A stretch of 64,000 bases of DNA. Source: Patescibacteria group bacterium. GTDB taxonomy: Bacteria > Patescibacteriota > Minisyncoccia > Phycocordibacterales > UBA9973. Of this stretch, positions 57,259 to 64,000 are shown piece after piece (within the stretch, counting starts at the first letter, position 1; each line of letters begins with the position of its first letter). The DNA lies in NCBI GenBank assembly GCA_040390725.1, contig JAZJXT010000003.1, forward strand, positions 34,502 through 98,501, given 5' to 3'. The notes under the pieces were generated by a model that did not search any database, was not told the DNA's origin, and was given only the letters and a program-made list of their open reading frames with translations. Position numbers and translations under genes: made by a program.

Positions 57259-57738
57259 ATGAGAAGAGTAATTTTTGCCCGAATTATTGGTGGTGATAAA
57301 GAAAGTTTGTCTACAAGAGATAAATTGAAATTAAAGTCTATGATGAAGAAAATTGAAAGTAGAATTGGTGAAAAATCTTCATTTTTGATTTTATTTGCCA
57401 CAGAACCATTAGCTCAACAAAATGCCGAAGCATTGTCTCAAATGAATTTTGGGAATTACCAACCATTAGAAGCATTGTGTATGAGTGAAGAAAGTGAACA
57501 AAAACTGGAGGAAATTTATTTAAAGGTAAAGGAGCTTGGGAAGACTTCGGATGCTGAGAATATTATTGTACTTACCCATGTACTTTATTGTAGGGATTTG
57601 CCACTTTTCTTTTTTGAAAAGATGTATAGTAAAAAAACTTACATGAATTTTAACTTAAATCAAAAGGCATGGATGTTAAAAGAAGGGCAAGCCTGGTTGA
57701 TGGATTGCATGTATGGAAAAATCTACAAAGTTGACTAA
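57259..57738 (+). CDS. Hypothetical protein, 159 aa (array member 2)
   Basis: Intact ORF; followed by terminator aaagccttggtaaccccatggcttttttatt. Confidence 0.4.
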   Translation: MRRVIFARIIGGDKESLSTRDKLKLKSMMKKIESRIGEKSSFLILFATEPLAQQNAEALSQMNFGNYQPLEALCMSEESEQKLEEIYLKVKELGKTSDAENIIVLTHVLYCRDLPLFFFEKMYSKKTYMNFNLNQKAWMLKEGQAWLMDCMYGKIYKVD

Positions 57739-57794
57739 AATAAAATGTTTTTTAAATAAAAGCCTTGGTAACCCCATGGCTTTTTTATTACCTC

Positions 57795-57824
57795 TTGTAA
57801 AATTTTAGCATTATGTGGTAGTCT
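57795..57824 (+). promoter_or_regulatory. Array promoter motif copy 2 (TTGTAA-N18-TAGTCT)
   Basis: cttgtaaaattttagcattatgtggtagtct. Confidence 0.5.
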
Positions 57825-57888
57825 AAAAACAGACGGAGTTACCGTTATTTGAAATATGAATAAAAAAGTCCTTAGGAGGGGCTGTAAA

Positions 57889-58710
57889 ATGAAGACTTTC
57901 GCTGATTTATTACTAAAGTATGCGGAAAAATACTTTATTGTGTTAATGATAGTAGTTGGTATTTTCATATTATTTTTTGGAATACTTGTTACTTCCTTGT
58001 TTGTATTGGGCATCCTGACTTTAAGTTTTTGTATTTATTCACTCATAGGTTACAAGAGAAAAATGGATACAAAAAAACTTAAAGAAAAGAATGAAGATAA
58101 GTTTTTCAAAGAGCTCGAATTATATCGAGTTGAAACCCGAAGTTTTATTAATTTTCTTGAAAGTAATAGAGAAAAATTTTACTCTCAGGAATCTTTAAAA
58201 AATATGAGTAGGCTTAATAGCGTTGCCCAGGAGGTTGAAAAAATACAAGAAAAATATATTAAAAAGGGTGCTTTTAAAAAACATCTTGAAGAAGTAGGAA
58301 AAGAAAGTTTGGAAGAATGGCGATTAAAAACTAATGTGATCGATCGATTTGTTAATGGATATGTAAACAAGCAAACAGTTAAATTTAACAATGAACTGAT
58401 TAATCAAAGTATGACCATACAGCTAAAACTTCAAACATCGCAAGCTGTTGCTCAAAGTTGGTATCCTTTATTTAACGATCTTCTTCCTGTTGCAAAAACA
58501 TCTCCAGGTTTTATCGAAAAATGTGAAGATTTTTTAAAAAAGTCACTTAATTTTTTTAGACTTACACGTGAATTAAATCTTGGAAATAAATCATTTGGCA
58601 TAGATTTGATTTTTGATTACCCTGAGGCTATTTTGAAATACATAAATTCTGAAAAGTTTGTTCATTATTCTTCTGAGCTTGAATCTCTTAAGGTAGTTTT
58701 ATGTAGGTAA
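57889..58710 (+). CDS. Membrane-anchored (2 TM) helical protein, 273 aa (array member 3)
   Basis: Start at MKTFADLL with AGGAGG 7 nt upstream; track ORF begins at 57856; terminator gacccggcaattgtcgggtttttt follows. Confidence 0.5.
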   Translation: MKTFADLLLKYAEKYFIVLMIVVGIFILFFGILVTSLFVLGILTLSFCIYSLIGYKRKMDTKKLKEKNEDKFFKELELYRVETRSFINFLESNREKFYSQESLKNMSRLNSVAQEVEKIQEKYIKKGAFKKHLEEVGKESLEEWRLKTNVIDRFVNGYVNKQTVKFNNELINQSMTIQLKLQTSQAVAQSWYPLFNDLLPVAKTSPGFIEKCEDFLKKSLNFFRLTRELNLGNKSFGIDLIFDYPEAILKYINSEKFVHYSSELESLKVVLCR

Positions 58711-58768
58711 ATGTGTGTAGTAATTTAGGTTTAAAGACCCGGCAATTGTCGGGTTTTTTATTACCCTC

Positions 58769-58798
58769 TTGTAAAATTCTAGTATTATGTGCTAGTCT
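58769..58798 (+). promoter_or_regulatory. Array promoter motif copy 3
   Basis: cttgtaaaattctagtattatgtgctagtct. Confidence 0.5.
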
Positions 58799-58799
58799 T

Positions 58800-58942
58800 T
58801 GAACAGATATGAGTTCGTTTTCTTCCTGAATCGAATTTGGCATTTTGGCACTTTTTTACTATAAACGGTCCTAAGATGCTGAATTTGATTATTTCCACGT
58901 ATGGTGGAGAGTCTTAGGAGGTAAACTTTTAAAATTTAAGTC
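58800..58942 (+). ncRNA. Conserved about 140-nt 5' leader (paralog of 60968-61112), candidate cis-regulatory RNA
   Basis: agttcgttttcttc…ggcattttggcactttt…ggtcctaagatgctgaatttgattat…ttaggaggtaaacttttaaaatttaagtcATG is about 85% identical to the leader of the gene at 61113. Confidence 0.4.
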
Positions 58943-59542
58943 ATGAAAAAGAACTCAAATTCACTTTTCTTAGTTTCAGTATTTTTATTTATATCCATGT
59001 TTGTAAGCTTTTCAAAATTAGAAGTTTCTACGTTAGATGGATACTATATTCTCGGTTTCTTATTGTTTTTATTTGGTATTTTTTTCCTTGGTAAAGCTTT
59101 TATTTTGACATTTACCGGAGAACCGGTAGGTAAGTCTTTGTTAGTAGAAGGGGCGGGGATTTCAGTTCATCGTGCTCTTTATGGCAAAGACGCAGAGAAT
59201 CTTTATTTTGCAACTCTTGAAGAAAGCGGGCAGGATATTATTTTAGAGGAAGAAATGCAAATACTGAGATCAGATAGACTATACTATCTTAGTTCTGAAA
59301 ATAAATGGAAAGAAACACCAGAGGAGGGAAGTCCTGCATTTGTTAAAAAATCTAAAAAATTTTTGAGTGCTCTTCGAGTAATTAAAAATCAGGACGCACG
59401 AATTGTTTTTCATGAACATGGTGGAAAACCATTTTATAAAAAAGTAAGTGAGGTGATCAAAAAAATTGAAAGTGGTGAACACCCTGGAGAAGAGTATGTA
59501 AAGTCTTGGGATAAATCAAAACAAAAAATAGTTTTTAAGTAA
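58943..59542 (+). CDS. 2-TM membrane protein with C-terminal soluble domain (array member 4; paralog of 61113-61640)
   Basis: Shares topology and motif ENKWKETPEEGS (versus NRWKETQKMKEPETGG) with the paralog; terminator atagcatcttttaaaagatgctatttttttt follows. Confidence 0.5.
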   Translation: MKKNSNSLFLVSVFLFISMFVSFSKLEVSTLDGYYILGFLLFLFGIFFLGKAFILTFTGEPVGKSLLVEGAGISVHRALYGKDAENLYFATLEESGQDIILEEEMQILRSDRLYYLSSENKWKETPEEGSPAFVKKSKKFLSALRVIKNQDARIVFHEHGGKPFYKKVSEVIKKIESGEHPGEEYVKSWDKSKQKIVFK

Positions 59543-59678
59543 GATATTTGATTTATAGCATCTTTTAAAAGATGCTATTTTTTTTACCCTTTGCTACTTA
59601 GAGAGGTTGTAGGCTTGAAAGAGTATGGTTGCCACTTAAAAACAAAAAAGCCTTCATTAATGAGGGCTTTTATTTATG

Positions 59679-59921
59679 TTATTCGCAACACTCAATGGCT
59701 CTGCCGTTTTTATAGACGTCATATTCATCTTGTGTCACAAAAACTCTTTTAATTTGACAGTCATCTAAAAATACCAAAGATGGAGCAGCAGGGTCCGCAC
59801 TAACTGCACTTTGTCCGCAAAAGTCTGTCAGTTTATTTGTATTTTTAGGGACAGACTCTATGAAAATACCACATCCATTTATTATTAAAATGATCGGCAA
59901 TAACAGAAATATTTTTTTCAT
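59679..59921 (-). CDS. Small lipoprotein, 80 aa
   Basis: Signal peptide with lipobox LIINGC; five further Cys; terminator aaagccctcattaatgaaggcttttttg downstream. Confidence 0.5.
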   Translation of the reverse strand: MKKIFLLLPIILIINGCGIFIESVPKNTNKLTDFCGQSAVSADPAAPSLVFLDDCQIKRVFVTQDEYDVYKNGRAIECCE

Positions 59922-60070
59922 TTTTAAGAACTAGATCTTTAGGTCACTAGTCTATTGTAAAGAATAGCAGACAATTAAAAGTATTACAATAATATTATTT
60001 GATGTTGTTGGAGGTATAAAAATAAAAAGTCCGGGATAACCAGGACTTTTAAAAATAGGCATAAGGTATA

Positions 60071-60451
60071 TTAAAATAGATCAGGGATAGGCTTAACTTT
60101 CACGAACTCCTCATTTTGTATTTCATACTTGCAATCATTTTCTAGAAGTTTGTTTGTAATAAAAAAACAAAATTTTACGTTTCTTATGGAGGCTTTACGC
60201 ATTACTGCATAATTACTTCCACTAAAAGCATAGGAGTAAACAACAATCCAACTAGTGCCATTGCTAAATTTTTTCACACTTGCCGGGCGACCTACGCTAA
60301 AAGTTCCTCCTGTAGCGATAGAGGCTCCGATTAAGCCACACATCATAACAAACAATACAAAGAATGTTCCAATATTAACATCTAAGTGTTGAGCAAGAAA
60401 AACTATACCTACAGCTGTAACCATAAGCATTATAATACTAATTGTTTTCAT
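60071..60451 (-). CDS. Hypothetical membrane protein, 126 aa
   Basis: Two N-terminal TM helices then soluble segment. Confidence 0.4.
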   Translation of the reverse strand: MKTISIIMLMVTAVGIVFLAQHLDVNIGTFFVLFVMMCGLIGASIATGGTFSVGRPASVKKFSNGTSWIVVYSYAFSGSNYAVMRKASIRNVKFCFFITNKLLENDCKYEIQNEEFVKVKPIPDLF

Positions 60452-60552
60452 AACTTTAAGAAGAACGGGGAAAAGACGTTCAAATAGATATTACTACATT
60501 TAAACTTTTTGGCAAATGTTTAAAATAAAAAGCACTGACTAAAGTTAATTAA

Positions 60553-60867
60553 TCAGTGCTTATGGTTTTGTCTTTTCTGAGTAAGTTTTACAAACTCATC
60601 GTAATCCATGTAACTTTTTGCAAAATTGCAAAACCTGCAAGCTAGCACTAAATTACTCAAAACATTGGCTCCGCCTTTTGAAGTTGGAATTACATGATCT
60701 CTTGTAATATTTTCCATCTTAAAAAGATCTCCGCAATAATGGCATTTATAGTATTCTATGCCTTCCACTATTTTTGGATTTTCAAAAAGCTCTGGAGGGG
60801 TTTTGCTTTCAGGGGAAAGCATTTTTAACATACTTAAGGCAAGGTATTGGTTCTTTTTCTTATCCAT
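60553..60867 (-). CDS. Stand-alone HNH endonuclease, 104 aa
   Basis: …CHYCGDLFKMENITRDHVIPTSKGGANVLSNLVLACRFCNFAKSY… canonical HNH beta-beta-alpha-metal motif (C-x2-C…DH…N…C-x2-C). Confidence 0.75.
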   Translation of the reverse strand: MDKKKNQYLALSMLKMLSPESKTPPELFENPKIVEGIEYYKCHYCGDLFKMENITRDHVIPTSKGGANVLSNLVLACRFCNFAKSYMDYDEFVKLTQKRQNHKH

Positions 60868-60937
60868 TTTTATATGATTTTAATGGTACAAACTCGTTAG
60901 GATTATAGTATACAGGTAGCGATAAGTCTATTTTTAC

Positions 60938-60967
60938 TTGTAAAATTCTAGCATTGTGTGGTAGTCT
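60938..60967 (+). promoter_or_regulatory. Array promoter motif copy 4
   Basis: cttgtaaaattctagcattgtgtggtagtct, followed by the conserved leader 60968-61112. Confidence 0.5.
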
Positions 60968-61112
60968 TTGTGCAGAATCTAGTTCGTTTTCTTCTTTAGT
61001 CGAGTTCGGCATTTTGGCACTTTGTTTAAAAATAAGGTCCTAAAATGCTGAATTTGATTATCTGCCAACTAGGGTCAGAGTTAAAGGAAGTAAACTTTTA
61101 CAATCATAAGTT

Positions 61113-61640
61113 ATGAGAAAGAATAATTCGATACCCTTTATAGTATTAGGGTTTGTTATGTTGATTTCAGTGTTTGTTGGAATTTATTATCAAGCAAAAG
61201 AAGTAAAAATAGGTAGCGAAATGCCAATAGTTTTTATGTGTATTATTGTCGCTATTTCTTACTGCAGTGCTTTTATCATTATTTATGGTTTTATGTCTCT
61301 TTGGGACAAAGTAAAAGTTTCTTCGGTGACTAAAAAGGATATTGTCCAATACACAGAAATTAAAGTTTTGCGTCATGTGGGGAGTAGTGATGGAAAAAAA
61401 TTACTTCATGTCTTTTCAATCGTTCCGGAAGATGGACCAAATGTGAGGCATACATTTCTTATTTCTTTTCAAAATGGAGACACTTGTTTTCTAAAAAATG
61501 AAAAGCGAAAGTTGGAAGTCGACACAACTTATTTTATTGATTGTAAAAATCGATGGAAAGAAACGCAAAAAATGAAGGAGCCTGAAACAGGAGGAACATT
61601 GAAAGAAAAGCAAGAAAGACTTTTGCAACATCTTCAGTAA
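61113..61640 (+). CDS. 2-TM membrane protein with C-terminal soluble domain (array member 5; paralog of 58943-59542)
   Basis: MRKNNSIPFIVLGFVMLISVFVGIYY…; conserved leader and promoter upstream; terminator aatggcaccttatacaggatgccatttttttt downstream. Confidence 0.5.
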   Translation: MRKNNSIPFIVLGFVMLISVFVGIYYQAKEVKIGSEMPIVFMCIIVAISYCSAFIIIYGFMSLWDKVKVSSVTKKDIVQYTEIKVLRHVGSSDGKKLLHVFSIVPEDGPNVRHTFLISFQNGDTCFLKNEKRKLEVDTTYFIDCKNRWKETQKMKEPETGGTLKEKQERLLQHLQ

Positions 61641-61864
61641 ATTGTAGATAAGACTGCACAAATTTCCATAGGGCACTCTACTTTTATAACAGTAGAGCAG
61701 TTAATTATTGAGGTTGAAAAAATGACTTCACTAGGCATGGAACACATTAAACGTTGGGATCAAACTTAAGTCGCTTTAAAATTTGTTGTGAAATGGCACC
61801 TTATACAGGATGCCATTTTTTTTACTTATTTTTTAAAACCAATAATATCTGAACTATTTATTTT

Positions 61865-62239
61865 TTAGAATTTTATCGAATATTTTCCCGCACCGGAGCC
61901 CAGGAGGGCTAAGATCGCGCCGAGCATAGCGAGGGGAGTGGAGTATACTTGAAAGCCCATTTTGTATGTGAAATAAATTGCGAATATCATAACTACTGCT
62001 AAGAAAATTTTTGCAATTTCAGAAAATAATCCCAAAACCAATAAAGCCCCGCACAAAACTTCTCCATAAGAAACTATGTAAGTTAAAAATGTTGGTATGT
62101 GCAAAGTACTAAAGAATCCGATAGTTTGCGCCATATCGGAAACTTTCATCCAACCAGCATATATAAAAATTCCCCCAATAATAAATCTGCTAATAAGTAT
62201 TGCGACGTCTCTGTGCTCATTTAAAAATTGTTTTATCAT
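61865..62239 (-). CDS. DoxX-family membrane protein
   Basis: 124 aa, 4 TM, …ILISRFIIGGIFIYAGWMK…YGEVLCGALLVLGLF… typical DoxX pattern. Confidence 0.5.
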   Translation of the reverse strand: MIKQFLNEHRDVAILISRFIIGGIFIYAGWMKVSDMAQTIGFFSTLHIPTFLTYIVSYGEVLCGALLVLGLFSEIAKIFLAVVMIFAIYFTYKMGFQVYSTPLAMLGAILALLGSGAGKYSIKF

Positions 62240-62304
62240 AATTTATTTATTTTATCAGGAATTGTTTCGAGGAGCAAATGTTATATAATAATAGGATGCA
62301 TAAA

Positions 62305-62520
62305 ATGCCAGATGACTTACGAAAAGCCCTTGCCTCTACTCCGGCAGCGCAAATAGCATGGGATGATATTACGCCACTCGCGCGCAATGAGTGGATATTC
62401 TGGGTCACATCCGGTAAAAAAGAAGAGACGAGAATAATCCGTATTGAGAAGGCACTTTCAAAACTAAAGGGCGGAATGCGCCGACCTTGTTGTTGGGCTG
62501 GTTGTATTCATCGATCTTAA
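62305..62520 (+). CDS. YdeI/OmpD-associated (DUF1801-like) small protein
   Basis: MPDDLRKALASTPAAQIAWDDITPLARNEWIFWVTSGKKEETRIIRIEKALSKLKGG matches the family pattern. Confidence 0.5.
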   Translation: MPDDLRKALASTPAAQIAWDDITPLARNEWIFWVTSGKKEETRIIRIEKALSKLKGGMRRPCCWAGCIHRS

Positions 62521-62547
62521 GCAAGAACTATTCTTGTTTGTTATTTT

Positions 62548-62967
62548 TTACCAAATTGCGATGATTGCTCCCATTGCGAGAAGTGTAAGCAGACTACTGA
62601 AAGATTCAAAAATCCAAAGCTTGAAAGATCTTTTCATCCAGATAACTTCCATAGAGCTGCCTGTGACTATAAAACCAATCCAAACTAAAAATGCGCAAAT
62701 TAATCCGTTTGAAATAGCTGACATACCCATAAACGGGGAAGTAGAAGTGAGTAAATAAATAACTGCTAAAACATAAGCCGTCACAAGGTTTGCGATTAAA
62801 TTCCAAACCATTTGTCCGTACATATCAGAAAATTTTTCATTGCCTGTAGGGTGCACATTTGCTAAACGCATCCAGAGTTTTCCAAAAACCGGACCGTGCA
62901 TTAAAAATCCTATAATAAAAGCCACAACTGCGGAAACAATAACTGCTAAATAATTTATTGGTAACAT
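62548..62967 (-). CDS. Hypothetical membrane protein (4 TM)
   Basis: 139 aa hydrophobic ORF. Confidence 0.4.
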   Translation of the reverse strand: MLPINYLAVIVSAVVAFIIGFLMHGPVFGKLWMRLANVHPTGNEKFSDMYGQMVWNLIANLVTAYVLAVIYLLTSTSPFMGMSAISNGLICAFLVWIGFIVTGSSMEVIWMKRSFKLWIFESFSSLLTLLAMGAIIAIW

Positions 62968-63084
62968 ATAAAAATAATTATATTAAATTAATAATGATTT
63001 AATCATAGCATTTTTGTTGTGGGTTGGAAACTATTTTTTAATTTAACAAATTTGCGGACCACTCGGGTCACTAGTTATTTTTTT

Positions 63085-63609
63085 CTATGCAGGAATATAT
63101 AAAAGTTTGAGTTTTTCCAGTCCGCGATGGAGTTGGACGGCTATGGAATTTTTCGTTTCTCCGGTGATGCCTGACATTTCTTTTAAAGATAAGTCTTTTA
63201 CGTATTTCATCAACATTATTTTTTGATATTTTATCGGCAGGTGTTTAATTAAAAGAATAATTTTTTTTGCGTCTAATTTATCGGCAAGGACATCAAGCGT
63301 GGGAATATTACTGACTTTAGGCTCGAAGCCTTTTTCTATCAATAAGTCTAGAGAGCTAGCTTTGTGTTTCCTGTATTCATCTACGATTAGATTATTCAGG
63401 ACGTGATAAAGAAAAGATTTCATTAAATCAATTTTCCCGCCTTTTAATAAATATTTCCAAGTTTTTAGAAATGTGTCTTGCACCAAGTCTTCGCCTGCCT
63501 CGTGATTATGAGTTTTATAGAATGCGTATAGATTAAGTCCCTTCTCATGGTCGTTGTGAGCCAATGTCATTATTGCCAGCCTTTCTGTCTTCTGTTTTAA
63601 CGTCATCAT
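63085..63609 (-). CDS. ECF-type RNA polymerase sigma factor (sigma-70 regions 2 and 4)
   Basis: Region 2: EDLVQDTFLKTWKYLLKGGKIDLMKSFLYHVLNNLIVDEYRKHK; region 4 HTH: LPIKYQKIMLMKYVKDLSLKEMSGITGETKNSIAVQLHRGLEKLK. Confidence 0.75.
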   Translation of the reverse strand: MMTLKQKTERLAIMTLAHNDHEKGLNLYAFYKTHNHEAGEDLVQDTFLKTWKYLLKGGKIDLMKSFLYHVLNNLIVDEYRKHKASSLDLLIEKGFEPKVSNIPTLDVLADKLDAKKIILLIKHLPIKYQKIMLMKYVKDLSLKEMSGITGETKNSIAVQLHRGLEKLKLLYIPA

Positions 63610-63685
63610 CTATATACACCATAGCACTATATGTATTTAATAGATAGCAAGGAAATTTAATCTATGTGATATGATAAATAGATTA

Positions 63686-64000
63686 TGAAAAAATACGCAT
63701 TTGTTGATGTACAAAATACTGAAACGACAACACTGAAAGTGTTGCGATTTGCTACTGATCACGAAAGACTTTTTGCGTATCTTAAAGACAAATGGAATTG
63801 TGAAAAAGTATTTTTTTATCCAGGTATACAACATGGGGATGAAGCTCGGGGAGAAATATTTTCAAAAATTACAGAGCTTGGCGCAGCTGTGAGACCAAAA
63901 TACTTTTCTACGTACAAGAATGAAGATAAAATTGTTAGTGCTAATTGTCCAAAATGTAATACTGAAGTCACGCAGAGAATAGAAACAGGATATTCATGGA
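63686..64000 (+). CDS. Partial ORF (3' end beyond window): possible NYN/LabA-like domain with C-terminal CxxC
   Basis: MKKYAFVDVQNTETTTLKVLRF…CPKCNTEV…; open reading frame runs off the window end. Confidence 0.25.

Overview
This window reads as a low-GC (about 30%), gene-dense bacterial chromosome. It starts inside dnaA and runs through an AT-rich oriC spacer carrying DnaA boxes into dnaN. The small genes, many ORFans, weak Shine-Dalgarno sites and reduced polA are consistent with a CPR/Patescibacteria-like genome; this is an inference.

Core genes recognised from motifs: dnaA (partial), dnaN, a class A PBP, tyrS, ruvC, ruvB, ruvA, a pilB/gspE-type ATPase, polA, lysA, mutM, rpsT, cspA, an ABC-F ATPase, an ABC-2 exporter pair, pyrF-pyrE-pyrD, pdxS-pdxT, ApbE with an FMN-binding protein, a P-type ATPase, an AI-2E transporter, a GT4 glycosyltransferase, a TrmB-type regulator, an ECF sigma factor, and tRNA-Lys(UUU) and tRNA-Arg(GCG) on the minus strand.

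Two regions do not look like ordinary core genome:
- About 10.7-15.6 kb is a roughly 5 kb island of markedly higher GC. A near-consensus promoter and a roughly 400-nt non-coding stretch are followed by seven ORFan genes. These sit in transcription units separated by a repeated intergenic module: AGGGTTAA, a hairpin, TTATTCAG, GGATTGATAGGGA, and in two copies GGGATATTTKTACAT and ACGGG just before the ATG.
- About 56.6-61.7 kb is a tandem array of ORFan genes for proteins with two N-terminal TM helices. Each gene has a hairpin terminator and an almost identical promoter-like motif (TTGTAA-N18-TAGTCT). Two genes carry a roughly 140-nt conserved 5' leader. A stand-alone HNH nuclease and a lipoprotein are interleaved, and an ECF sigma factor lies about 1.5 kb downstream.

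Other points of interest are a 564-aa cysteine-rich CxxC-repeat protein next to tRNA-Lys and a partial tRNA duplicate, a 1019-aa protein with a methyltransferase-like GxGxG motif, a 43-aa hyper-acidic micro-ORF, and several structured GC-rich intergenic elements. No CRISPR array, integrase or transposase is visible. Coordinates of short motifs may be off by 1-2 nt.
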